A stretch of DNA of 50,045 nt, filler included, from Dirinaria sp. TL-2023a (taxonomy: Eukaryota): NCBI GenBank assembly GCA_051941275.1. It is 2 parts of 2 records of this genome, joined end to end, with 100 filler letters (N's around TTAATTAATTAA, not from the genome) between each part and the next. Parts side by side here need not be neighbours in the genome. Positions count along the whole stretch, not along the records: positions 1 to 25,010 come from JAVEBF010000179.1; 1 more part is not named here. One strand, given 5' to 3'. A program made the position numbers and the translations under genes. Below the pieces are notes generated by a model that saw only the letters and a list, made by a program, of their open reading frames with translations, did not search any database and was not told the DNA's origin. Of the stretch, positions 10,955 through 22,880 are shown piece by piece; position 1 is the first letter of the stretch; each line of letters begins with the position of its first letter.

Positions 10955-13492
10955 TCTGAATGACAACACAATAATACCTCCTGGAATGAGATTGCTTTGG
11001 TATGCTCTCTAAGACAACAGCATTGCTGTTATCTGCCTTTGTTTTAGATTGCTTTCAAGCTTTGACATTAACTTCAAGAATATTCCTATTCCAGGGAGGT
11101 CTTAGCATCATTTTTTGATTTTCACATAGCTACTTCTCCATTCAAAAAAGTCTTGAAAACTCATGTATAAGGATTTGAACCAGCAAATGCCCACAGGGTT
11201 CGTATCAAACCAAAGTCAAGAGACTCTTCTGATATCTAGTGACCATCTTCTCCCTGTGACTTTGGCTCTTACCCAATTCTAGATATATTCTCTCCTCATT
11301 TTGATCAATATCATGACTTGTGCTCATTTCAAGGTCATATCACTAGTCAGTATGAGCGTTCAATTATACTGTGTCTTCTGCCGGTTGTATAATAGATAGA
11401 AACTCTTGACATGAAGGAGGATTTACCATCGCTGCATATCGGTGTACATGCTGAAGAAGCCATGTTGGCGTAGAATATCAACATTGTGGCTCCCTCTTCT
11501 ATAACGAGTCTGAGTTCAGCAGGGCGAATAAGACTCGTAAAATATTCGGAGTATCGTAATTTTCCACCAGCGTACTAGGCACTCTATGTGCGCTTCACGG
11601 ATGGATGATAGCTGTTTGAATGGTGTGAGTTCTAGTAATGGTTGCCTTCAATAGAGATATTGTCATAGTACTTTCTTCCGACGGTGCTTGATATGGGAAA
11701 GTTGAAGTAACGATGCTAGATACCTAGATTATTGATATGTTATAAAGAAAGACGGAACGAATCGTTAGACTTATGTGGATTGAAGCTGAAACACTGACAA
11801 TCTAGAGACTACGAGCAGAGACGCTCTTAACATTCTGCATACTAAAGCAGCGGCTGAATAGCAAATACATGCCAGGTACTGTACCTTCAGAGCATCCGAT
11901 CCTGCTCTAGAAGTCCTCAGTTGAACGGGCGTTGAACAGAACCATTGTTGGTGGGTGATCAATCCAGCTTTAACGTCCAAAATGGTCACATCTTTAAAGA
12001 TGGCATTTCTCAGTCCCACATGCTGGCACCAAAGTTCATAACTCCAGCCTGCCGGCTTGCGTTAACGCATCTGCGTAGAAGAGTGATTTCGAGATTAGTA
12101 GCATTTCTCGGTTTCAAACGCTCGTTGCGTCGTCGTACTCGCAATTTGAGGAATCATGCACGGACAGAAATGATAAGTCAGAGGAAGTCAGATCACTGAA
12201 GCCGAGTCACTTAAGGCACTCGTGAGTCTTGGATGGTCTGTCTATCCATCGAAGTGAAAGCCGATGATCAAGATCAATTTAGGCTTGGATCCTTTCAAAT
12301 TATCTGCAAAGTTTCAGGCAGAGTATGACAGAATTTGTGAGCCGAAGAGAGGAGAAAGGAGAGAATTGTGTGAAACGAATCGAGATCGAGATGTGATATA
12401 TTATATAGTACGCGGTTTCGGCTGCGAACCGACTCAGAGGTTGGAAATGAGACAGGAACTAAATCCGTTATAACGTGATTTCAGGAAAGAGAAACATTTT
12501 TCACTTAGGAAACTTAAGAGTCAATTGATAGAGCATTATACACTCTACTCTTCAACATAGGTCAGAGGTTCGATTCTACGTCTCTTCCTATTTTCAGGGT
12601 AGATTTCATCCCCCTCGAGGACATTTTTTCTAGGAGATAAGTAGATCTACCACCTTTTCAAGGATTCAGATGAGCGTATTCGAGCCGCTCCCAGATTCAG
12701 CTGTGGTATTGCTCAAGAAGAGGCGAAGAATCTTTCGTATTGATCAATGCTGGAGCAAGACATTTCTCCATACTATCGTTGATCGAGTCACTTTTCTCTT
12801 CGCTTCCCGAGTCTTTGCAAATCCTTTTTGTGCATACAACCGTATGTGTTAATAGACGAATAACAGTTTCTAAAAACGCACAACCGAGTTCAGTGATGAT
12901 TTCGATGATTCTTTTTCATTATCTGGAGACACGGAGACTAAACATAGAAATAGGATGTCGATCGAGTAATCTCGACTGTCTGGCAATTGCAAGCACCGCA
13001 CTCGACTGACGAATGCGAAAGGCATGATTTTGGTAGTACCAATAGATATTTGTCAACATTGACAATGCTGAAGTTGATTTTGGTGGAGTCGTGGCTGGTG
13101 ATATTGTTGTTGCTGAAGCAAAAAATTTACAGTAGACTTTGGTGATGCTGATGATATTACCAAAGTCTATACCCTCCACAAGCTTTTAGTCTTTGACATC
13201 TACTGCTTCAAGGTAGAAGTACTTCTTGACTGCTCCATAAAGCCGAATGCAGCTAGCACGAATGACAGATATTCTCATGAAGTACATTGAGTATCAAGTC
13301 AGAACATGCTGTCAAGCTGACTATCTTCATTGAAACGCAGATCCTCGATTGATAGTATCATATTCGGAACCGGGCTCGTCTCTTCGCATATTCTTGATGT
13401 ACGAGCCTATAATATCAGCGAGTTCTGCTCGAGACCTCTTTTTGAGATTCTTCCGCTGTCTCCAAAGTCTTTTGGTTCTTGGTCGCCGTGGC

Positions 13493-13729
13493 CTACAGTA
13501 CTTGGTCATAGGAATGGTCCACGGTCAAGAAATAAATATAGCAAATCCAGGTCTGGCCAATGCGCAGGACCAGGCCAGCCGCCTGCAGGGCGGTCTGGGC
13601 ACTCGAGGGCAGATCTACAGAGATGACCTCGGAACAGTCGGGTTGAAGATTGTAAGCCGTGCTGGAGATCCGCTGGCTGGTAACCAGGCAGTTGACGGGG
13701 TTGCCCTTGTCATTGAACGCATTTATAGA
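13493..13729 (-). pseudogene. Remnant of a superfamily-2 (SNF2-like) helicase C-terminal domain
   Basis: Manual translation FNDKGNPVNCLVTSQRISSTAYNLQPDCSEVISVDLPSSAQTALQAAGLVLRIGQTWICYIYFLTVDHSYDQVL* fits HelicC motif V (xNLQ) and motif VI (QAxGRxxRIGQ, here with R changed to L); in-frame TAG at 13493-13495. Confidence 0.7.
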
Positions 13730-14379
13730 GGATATAAACCCAGTCGTTTAAATGATTTAAAAAAAAAAAAACAAAATGAACGGTTGATAGTGACGAGCAG
13801 AGTCTTGTATTTCAACCTCAAGCTCTAAAGGTTGTGTCAATCAAGGTCCTCCGTGATGTCGCATCGTGCAGCGGATCATCTCTCCAGAGGGTTACTCTCT
13901 TCCAAGTCGACTAAGATGAGTATTTCGAGTACATTTCTTAGCTCTTCTAAATGAGCAAGGTCAAAAGCGCCCACCGCAATTGAGATATCTTGCCGTATTT
14001 GAGATGAGCTATGATCGCTCCTGGCGAAGACCACAAGCGTTCTTGACAGACTCACGGTACACTGCCTTCGTTATAGCGGAGAAAGTACTTGCGCATTCGA
14101 ACTATCTACGGGCAGAGAGATGTTCGGAAGGATTAACAATTCCTGTTAAAGTTGTTGATTCTTTCCAAAATTGATGGACATTCGTCCTCATCTAGCGCTG
14201 GTTTGTAGTGGTAGTGGCTTTTGCCGAATCTTTTTCACCTAAGCCAAGGGATGATGAGTTGGCCATTTCGACGTCGAGAATAAAGCTGACGTAAAGACGT
14301 AGCAAGAACGAAGCATTGCAGCAAAGCAGAAATGAAACCTACCGGACCACGCCACGAGCGCCCACGCAAAAGAAGCTTC

Positions 14380-14675
14380 GTCCCCTTCTCTGGCCGCGGT
14401 GCGGACGGCGGCAGCAAGGCCGGCAGCTGGATCGACCTCGCACCGGTGTTTGCTTGCGCTGCAATAAGCGCGCTTCGTCTGGCGAGCGCCAGACGGGGCA
14501 ACACACCGGTGGCGGCGATCCACCGCCAACCTCGCCACACACCGCCGGCATCAGGCGAGGGGTTCCTCGCCGGCTATCACATCATGTTAGCCCAGCTCCT
14601 TCTCAATATGCCTTGTGTACCTACCTGCGGCGAAAAGTGGCACTCTGGGGGAGGGGGAGCCAGGAGAAGGGGTCG
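14380..14675 (-). ncRNA. Candidate highly structured RNA of unknown class (GC-rich island)
   Basis: Closing helix 14382-14394/14659-14672, long rod 14406-14453/14498-14547, hairpins at 14456-14471, 14476-14495 and 14554-14571; the rod gains multiple G-U pairs when read on the minus strand. Confidence 0.5.
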
Positions 14676-15339
14676 CCAGATGTGATATCTTGCGTATAAA
14701 GCACAGACGTAAGTTATTACCAACGACTGAAATAGCGTCTTGACACAATTGAGCAAGTTTAAATTTGCTACAGTGCTAAACCGTGCTGAGCAACTCATGA
14801 TTTCTGGATCGAAGAACCTCTTCAAATGTCTCCATTTGATTTACGTTGACGTTTGTCATCTCCATAGACTTGTCGCTTTCATACTTCTTGTCTTGAAGAA
14901 ATTACAATCTTATATCCCCTAATCCTAAGCGACTGCAAAATCTGATCATATGTGTGATTCACTGTCAGAATCCAGATGAAACATGTTCGACACTGATCTA
15001 ATCGAAGGACGGGATCAGAGATTTAGTGCGTTCTGGGAATTAGTAAGAACGTCGACAAAGATAACATTTGAACAACATTCGTGAAGATTTAAGATTGTCG
15101 CATGGCAGAGATACGAAAATATCAATTTAAAGAATATGCCAACATGCACTTTTCAAGAGAAGTATACGATATTGCTCACTGATCTTCTTGTACTATATTC
15201 GTTAATGATCATGTGAATCATTTATCGAAATCCAATGATCCATCCAAAAGCTGTCTTCAGAAATACCTGAAAGTTGAGTTCTGAAATCAAAGATCGTGTT
15301 CTCCGTTAAATTGCTTATTAAGTGGCGGTGAAACATCTA

Positions 15340-15755
15340 TAATCTGTAGGTGTTAGTCCGCAGTAGTCATTTGATACCATGTGTATCAATTTATATCCAA
15401 GATTCGTTCAAATTCCTCTTAGATTTTCCTCTAATCCTGAACAATGCGTCTGATCAGATTGTGCAGAGGTCAATCATTTCCTGAATTGTCCAAGTCTTCA
15501 TAATGTTTGGTATAGTCTTCATCGGTTCGAATGACTATTCTAATGAGAGCTTGTGATTTTTCTTCGTAAAGTTCATTTGTCTTGCGTTTATCAAGAACAT
15601 CTGTAGCTTTCATCATCTCGAAGTGCTTTAATGTTGCTTAAAATCTAATATTTCTGAATTCTTCCTCTGCATGAGCTGGGATATGAGGGTCACGATTGTT
15701 CCAATGACTATGCCTCACTTCGATGGCTATTTTTAATTGAAAAGCATGTTAAACT
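15340..15755 (-). pseudogene. Pseudo-exon with multiple C-to-T-type premature stops
   Basis: One frame reads HAFQLKIAIEVRHSHWNNRDPHIPAHAEEEFRNIRF*ATLKHFEMMK...SGND*PLHNLIRRIVQD*RKI*EEFERILD; CTGAC..CAG and CTAAC..CAG intron-end signals lie on either side. Confidence 0.55.
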
Positions 15756-17342
15756 GCAGCGATGCATCGTCAGTAAATTTCGTTAAGACAAAAGAGTCGG
15801 TCTATGACTCGCAGAGTATAAAGTAATTGATTAGTATCAGCTTGTGTAAAGGTTCAAAGACTAAGTCAAAAGAAAAACTCTGGTCATGGAATTGCGACGA
15901 GACAAACCTGGAGGATGAGATTGACCGTGACATCGTACGCATCATTGTGATGATCACCGTACACGAAAGAAAGAAATGCCGACCATTCACAGAACAAATA
16001 GAACTTTTATCGTGGCTTGCTCTTCGGAGTCACAGAAACCACTTTCAGAGTTGAAATCACGACTGGAAATGAGTATAAGCTAGGAAATGTAAGTATGAGG
16101 ATAATTAGGTAAAGGAATGAGTGAAATCAGCCAGTGTATATAGTATATCAGACGGTTGTAACGCGATAATCTATCGTTCGATGCAGTAATTGGATACAGA
16201 ATAGCCTGCATTGTTGATTGCCGTACTGCGAACAAGTGAGTTGTTGGTTTAATAGAGAAATTTTCGGTGACTGTTTCCACAACGAATCCTCACTGGTCAA
16301 TTAATAGTTGAATTATATAGTCTTGGTCATGTTTCCTACCCTGGACCACTGTTTAGAGAGTAGATCGGTTATCAAATATCTTGTTCTTTCTGGGTGTGCA
16401 ACGAAGCCGTATTTCTCGAAGCAGCATATCATGTGTAACGCCGAGCTACAAATTTCTTTTCAAGATCACAGTACTCTGTCTTGGAGCTTTCTTGAGCAAT
16501 CTTTATCCATAGAAGTAAATGCAATAGTAAGATTTTGGCCCTCAGTCTTCTCCAGGGCGCGGAATCCAACAAAGCCTGCTCTTGGAACCTGTATTTGCCG
16601 GACAGGCGTATCATTAGACCTTGATGCTGCAGAATTCATGGCTTTATCAATCCACCTCCATCGAAAGCATATCTCAAGGCCGCCTGATTTGCAATGAAGA
16701 CGACGAGATAAGTAAGAGCTTCCTGGCAATTGGTATCGGTATCGATGCTGTGTGCCACTCCAAGTCGACTAGGTGGTGCACTAAAAAATTCTGTCTCTGA
16801 AATGAACCACGTTGTTGCAGTGCATGACGCGGCTTCAGCCACATCTGGCATGAATTGAAGTCGTGAAGCCGTTACAAGACAACATCGGTTAGCGAAGTGT
16901 CGACTTCACCAAAGAGCTCATACTGGGTCTTTAGAAACCTTTGATGGGACTGTTCTGCTAAAGCCAGGTGATTTTAAAGGCATGTTGGAAAGAGTCAACT
17001 AGTCTCCCGCGATTAGCTTCCAGATACATGAATGGTAACTTGTTGTAATACTCGTGCAAAAGCTCCTCTCTATCCAGTCAGAACATGAAAAGAATTGTAA
17101 ACACGTAGATAGCTCTTTCTAGGGTCCTGAGCGTCGGCAAGGATTGATTCACCGCGCAGTTCGGTTGAGATAAGTGAAGTTCAACAGATGAACACGCACA
17201 TCATTCCGGCTGGCCTAACCGAATCATGGCACTGCCTTTGGCTCGAGTGAAGATTGATTCAGAAACAGGAAGCAGTGAACGCCATCGTACCTTGAATTAC
17301 CCCCATATACACATGCGCTAGATCCACACTAAATGTCGCTCA

Positions 17343-19691
17343 TCATTTGTACATATCTACACTGGCCATTCCACCCTGAGATGCTATGGCCTCCTGCCGG
17401 TTATGCTCAGGGACTATCTCCTCTAAAGATGATTCGTGTTCAGGAATAGGAAGCGGCTGCTCATCTTTCAGTGCCGGCTCCGATTTATGCTTCTCTTCCT
17501 TATCACTAACGAGTATACCCAATTCTTTCAGCATATTCAGCTCTCTCAATGTCTTCAGCTTTTTTCTTCTGTTTGCATGTGAAGCATGTGAAGCATGAGC
17601 CAGAACCTCGTTGATCTTCTCTTCTACAATGTTTTTAACGTATAATGCCATATCTTGGTCCTTGAAGACACCAACAAAGCGATAGCCGAGCCAGAGATAC
17701 AGGATCAGACCTTTATGTAATTGCTCAAGTTCAGCAAGGTACTCTCTGTTCGTAACATTCACAGAGGTTTCCCTGTCTAAGATATCAAGGTTCAATTGAG
17801 GAATATCTAGAAGAGCGCCGCTAGTGTTGTTAGCGACACACTTTGCGAAAGCGACGACGACGTGATCAAAATTGCCGCGCTTCACAGAAGCTGGAGAAGC
17901 ACAAAAAATAATGCGGTCGCGGACGGTAAGACCCTGAACGCTCTCGATTATGTCGGCGATGGCGATCTGCTCTCTAAGTTGACAAAGGCGGTATCGCGGA
18001 TGCACAGACGAGATTTCGTTCAAGCGGGCAAGGATATAACTAAAGGGAGTTCCGGGTGGGTAGTAGGCAGCAAATCGCATCAGTACGTCTGCAGGTGGCA
18101 TAATGACAGCGCTCATGACGGGTTCGGCCTCTGTTTGCATAGCTTGATGCACACGCGCATAGTCCATCTGCTCTAATGAGGTGACCAGGCCAGCAGATTC
18201 TCCCGTGGGCGCGATGCTCGTCTTTGATGAGTCATCAGGAACGCCGTCGCCCACATTTTCGTACGGCTGAGTCGGTATTTTGCTTTGCGGTGCTACACGG
18301 TAGCGGCCTGCACGCCCTGCTATTTGCTTCAAGTGCGGTATTGTAATTGGCTCATACTGCCTCCCGTCGAATTTCCATGTGGACTCGAAAATAATCCGTT
18401 TGATGTCCAGATTGAGGCCCATGCCGATTGCATCACTAGCTACGAGGTAGTCGTAGTCGTTGTCGGGATCGTTGAAAAGCCTCGCCTGGCTCGCCCTTGT
18501 TTCAGGGGGTAGACTTCCATAGACAATAGCAACCCGTTTCCCCGTCTTCTTCTCAATCTCGGTCTTGAAAGCGTGAATCTCCTTCCTCGAAAAAACGACT
18601 AAGCAGTCTCCTTTGTGAAGGTGCTTCAAGTTGCCATGCAAGCTTCGAGGAGCTGCTTGTAAAGGACTCAGCCGTTCGTAATGGTGCAATACGATCTTTT
18701 CTCCCATTTGGGCCGCGATCTCGCGTATGAGGGGCACAGTTCTTGCTTCTCCGCAGAGATGTAATTCTTTAGCTCTCAAGCCTAGAAGTGCTTGAGTCCA
18801 CGCCCATCCTCGGTCATCGTTTCCTACCATTTGTATCTCATCAATAATGCCCACATCTACTACTTTATTTGTTGGTACCATCTCAACTGTACAGCTGACC
18901 ATTGCATTCTCCTCTTCACTGTACCGTTTGTCATCGCCCGTGATCAGATGGCAAGGCTTTCCTTTCGCATTCAACCTTGTGTAGACTTCATGAGCGAGCA
19001 GCCTTAACGGGCCTGCATATATACCCGATTCTGCCTGCTCTAGGCGTTGGAGGGCTCGGTAGGTTTTCCCGGAGTTTGTTGGGCCGACATGGAGGTGTAT
19101 GGTGCGTTGAACCGTGCGTGTACCAGGAAACCATTCGACAGGATATCTGAGATCGGCGAGGTCCGTTTGACTTTGGAGGGTGGCGGGAGTAAACTCACGA
19201 TTGGCAACCTCGCCAAAGACAGTGTATCGAATTCGCGACTCCAGGCCGGGACGACCATTTTCCACAAACGCGTTGTGGAAGGATTCCAGCACCTTCTCCC
19301 ATTTTTGAGCCTTAGGGCCGTGAGGTGTTTGAAAAGCTTCTCGCACTTCCAGCGCGAACTTCCCGGCATGCGGTATCTCTGCAGTCTTTGCGAAATTTTC
19401 CAGCTTCTGACAGACCAGCTCCCGGAAGTCTTCGTCGGTAACCTTCTTTCGATATTCTACTTTTGCCCGGGGTCTGAAATGGAGATTTGAGAAGATGGAC
19501 TCATCTGCGGATGGTGAACGATGATTGCGTTTCCGTGCCTGTAAAGAAAGACATTCTGAAAAGTAGCGCCGTGCTTTGAGTGCATTAGCAACAGAGGTAA
19601 GACTTATTATGGCTGCGGAAGCGTAGCAGCTACGATAAACTTGACCAAAGTTGAGGACATCATGAGCGGCCGTCCGAGCGGGCGTAAGCAT
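17343..19691 (-). CDS. SUV3: Mitochondrial ATP-dependent RNA helicase Suv3
   Basis: HVGPTNSGKT (motif I), GPLRLLAHE, IDEIQM, ASDAIGMGLNL and QIAGRAGR; a short in-frame intron near the 5' end is possible. Confidence 0.96.
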   Translation of the reverse strand: MLTPARTAAHDVLNFGQVYRSCYASAAIISLTSVANALKARRYFSECLSLQARKRNHRSPSADESIFSNLHFRPRAKVEYRKKVTDEDFRELVCQKLENFAKTAEIPHAGKFALEVREAFQTPHGPKAQKWEKVLESFHNAFVENGRPGLESRIRYTVFGEVANREFTPATLQSQTDLADLRYPVEWFPGTRTVQRTIHLHVGPTNSGKTYRALQRLEQAESGIYAGPLRLLAHEVYTRLNAKGKPCHLITGDDKRYSEEENAMVSCTVEMVPTNKVVDVGIIDEIQMVGNDDRGWAWTQALLGLRAKELHLCGEARTVPLIREIAAQMGEKIVLHHYERLSPLQAAPRSLHGNLKHLHKGDCLVVFSRKEIHAFKTEIEKKTGKRVAIVYGSLPPETRASQARLFNDPDNDYDYLVASDAIGMGLNLDIKRIIFESTWKFDGRQYEPITIPHLKQIAGRAGRYRVAPQSKIPTQPYENVGDGVPDDSSKTSIAPTGESAGLVTSLEQMDYARVHQAMQTEAEPVMSAVIMPPADVLMRFAAYYPPGTPFSYILARLNEISSVHPRYRLCQLREQIAIADIIESVQGLTVRDRIIFCASPASVKRGNFDHVVVAFAKCVANNTSGALLDIPQLNLDILDRETSVNVTNREYLAELEQLHKGLILYLWLGYRFVGVFKDQDMALYVKNIVEEKINEVLAHASHASHANRRKKLKTLRELNMLKELGILVSDKEEKHKSEPALKDEQPLPIPEHESSLEEIVPEHNRQEAIASQGGMASVDMYK

Positions 19692-20141
19692 CCCCAGTTA
19701 GGATACTACTCTGGTGATTGGGAACTTGTTAGGTCTGTACCCAAGTTGCGGAAGTACAATTCAATCATTGCACGAGTTTGGCCACCAGGAACGACCAGGA
19801 CCTCGGGAGCTCTCACCGTCTCAATTATTCACTCCCGGCGAAACGAAGCGCCGGCTTGGCGTTCACAAGCCCTCGTACCTTAAGCCACCACTGCCACGGC
19901 CACAGCCACACTGCCACCCCTCCCCCTCCAACTGCAACTGAAACCGACAATATTAATGTAGACTCTTCATTTACGAAACCTGAGACTCCTTAACCGGTCA
20001 ATCTCAGAAAGAGAATTGCATGCGACAAGCTAGGTGGAAGCAGAAACCAATCTTAAATCCTCTCGGTCCTTTACCGAAAGTCCCCGTGGTGAAAGCGCTC
20101 TGAAACTCGCTCCGCTGTGACAGAAATAATTCGCCAGCACT

Positions 20142-22583
20142 ATGGTTGAGAGTTCCGCCATTGCGATCCTCGAAGACGGTACGCTATCTCAAGGGATCAT
20201 GATTAAACACGTCTCACCATATTCTAGTCATACTTCAGACGGTCCGCGGGACGGCTCGAGGAGAAGTACGCAAGCCCAGCTTCTTCCCAAACCTGATCGC
20301 GTTGCCTAATGGTCCGACTTTAGTGGAAGGTACTCGTGCTAGACGAGGGCAGCAAGAAGCTAATCGATTCGGTCTGCAACGAAGATGATTTACTGGAGGA
20401 GAATATCACAAGTGGGTAGAAGAACCTCTGAGCCTCGGTTCGAGAAAGTCGCTGAATCAGTGGCAGACATTGAGCAGATCGAAGACAGAAGGCCTATGAA
20501 CAAAGAGATGGATGCCATCTACATTCTCTCACCGCTGCCGCATATCGTCGACTGTTTGGTGGCAGATCTTCAGAGACAGAGATACAGAAAAGCACATCTG
20601 ATATGGACCTCAGGTTCGTCCGCCTTCAAAGCAGAGAGCTAGAAATCCGAAATACCGATACTAAAGAGCGGTTGTTCGACAGTCCTACCACGGGATCAGC
20701 GCGCAAAATTAGACCAGTCGGCAATGGCTAGAGATCAAATCGCACAATTGAAGGTCCTCAACATTAACTTCTATCCGAGAGAATCGCATCTCATTACTTT
20801 CAGAGATCCTTGGAGCTTCCCCATGCTGTTCCACCCTGCCTGCAATCAGTTGGTGCGGAGACATATGGACGACCTGGCACAGAAGGTGATTGATTGAATA
20901 ATACCCATGCGAAATCCCAAGTGGGAGCTGACCCTGATTCTGAAGATTGTATCGATCTGTGTCTCGTTAGGAGAGTACCCTGTAATTCGATATCATAGCC
21001 CTAGGAATCCAAGCCATGAAGCAAGCGTCTTGTGTTCACACTTGGCTCGCTTCGTGCAATCTGCTTTGGACGAGTACGCCCAATTTCACCAAGACTTTCC
21101 ACCCGCCTCGAATAGACCTCGTGGCGCACTTTTTATTACCGATAGGTCGATGGACCTTTTCGCTCCTCTACTACACGAGTTCACGTATCAAGCCATGATC
21201 CACGACGTACTCCCGCTCATCGATGGAGATAGAGTCTTCTACAAAAGTCAAGATGAGGCCACAGGTGCTCCCAAACAAAGCGAAATTTCCGAAAAGGATA
21301 AGATCTGGGTCCAAAACCGTCACCTACACATGAAAGATCTTCTTGAGAAGCTGGTCAACGACTTCAATAAATTCCGTGCAGAGAACCCCCAGTTTGAAGC
21401 CGACGCCGGGACTCAAGGCAGCACCATCAGCAACCTCAACAACATCAGAGACATGCTTGCGGGCTTGCCCCAATTCCAAAAAGGCAAAGAAGCATATGCG
21501 CTGCATCTTGGCATGGCCCAAGAGTCGATGGATATCTTTCAGGCGCATAAGCTTGGCGACATAGCATCTGTTGAGCAATCGTTGGCTACTGGGCTGGACG
21601 AGGATTATAAGAAGCCCAAGAACATGGCCGACCAAGTGGTGCGATTACTGGATGATCCAGGTCTATCATCCCCGGATCGATTACGACTACTGTTAGAATA
21701 TATTCTTTACCGCGACGGCCTACTCCCTCAAGACATACAGAAGCTGCTTGCGCATGCTCAGTTACCTGCTCAAGACGGTGAGGTCGTTTACAACATGGAT
21801 CTCTTGGGTGCGCACGTCGGCAGAGCGATCAAAGATCCCCGGCCGCTGGCGACGACCCGTGCAAACCGAATGCAGCCTCCTCCGCCCAATTCGGACGATT
21901 CAGGCCTATCGAGATACGACCCCGTGCTCAAGACAGTGCTTGAGGACCATATCCGAGGGGCGTTGGACCAAGCCTACTTCCCCTTTACCAAGCCACACCT
22001 CGACGCGGCTGAAGGCATGCTGGGGGCTGATACGACCGCTCAGTCATCCTTAAGGAGTGCGAAGCCCACATGGGCAAGAACGCGGCCGTCAGCAAGAGAG
22101 CCACAGCAGCGGATCATTGTTTTTGTCGCCGGAGGAGCGACGTACTCGGAGGCAAGAGTCTGCTACGAGATTTCGGAAATGTATTCCAAAGACGTGTTCC
22201 TGGCCACCTCGCACATGCAGACCCCGAGCCTGTTCCTGCGACAAGTGGGGGACTTGAGCGTGGACAAGCGGCGTTTGAACCTTCCCATCGAGAGGCCGAA
22301 GCCAAAAGCCCCTGATCACTTGTTCGAGCCGGAGAAGCCGCCAGCAGCTCCACAGCAAGGACCTGGTCCACAGTCAGGCCCGCGGCAAGCACCGCAGCCA
22401 CCGGCCACGGCCATGGCTGGATTGAACCTGGGCGGAAGAGCGGCGAACGGTTCTGCAAATGGTCATCCTTTACCGACTCTTCCTCAGTCAGAAGCCTCTT
22501 CTTCTCTAGGAAAGCCGTCGAAAAAGGAGAAAGATGCGGGGGAGAAGAAGAAAAAGCATCATTTCTTCAGCTCGAAAAAGTAA
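20142..22583 (+). CDS. SEC1: Sec1/Munc18 family exocytic SM protein, multi-exon
   Basis: ATG at 20142 and five short GT..AG introns give WKVLVLDE, DAIYILSP, FYPRESH, SLGEYPVIRY, DRSMDLFAPLLHEFTYQAM and IIVFVAGGATYSE. Confidence 0.95.
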
Positions 22584-22880
22584 TGTAATGCTGGCACGGT
22601 TTCATCTTGGATGTGCTGAAAGTCACTTTGCGTCCTGCGTTTTTAGCGGCCTACCATAATGCATTTTTCCGTCATACTCTGCATTTGCGGGCGTCGGGCG
22701 GGAACTTGTACATAATTGAGATACCATATGCGTGAGATTTCTGGGGTTTTCTGAATAGAAAGATCCTAACAGGATGGATCCTCTTCTTCTTGGATTCAAA
22801 ACTAGCATGAGTACCCTCAAATGCATCAGCCTCTACCCCATCTTTGCATGCGGTACCCAGGACCATGAAATCAGCACGCA

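Noticed and set aside
12506..12590. tRNA-like A-box (TCAATTGATAGAGC) and B-box (GGTTCGATTC)
   Set aside because: The T-stem, acceptor stem and anticodon arm do not pair properly; at most a heavily decayed tRNA or SINE relic
14540..14580. HDV-ribozyme-like words (GCCGGC, CCTCGC) in the GC island
   Set aside because: They cannot be arranged in the required P1-P2-P3-P1.1-P4 order, and there is no P2 or catalytic J4/2 segment
14235..14699. Five overlapping 70-127 aa ORFs over the GC island
   Set aside because: Arg/Gly/Ala/Pro-rich in all frames, as expected for stop-poor GC-rich DNA; no recognisable domain
20076..20086. GAAAGTCCCCG, similar to RNase MRP conserved region I
   Set aside because: It lies ~55 nt upstream of the SEC1 ATG and no complementary CR-V partner was found
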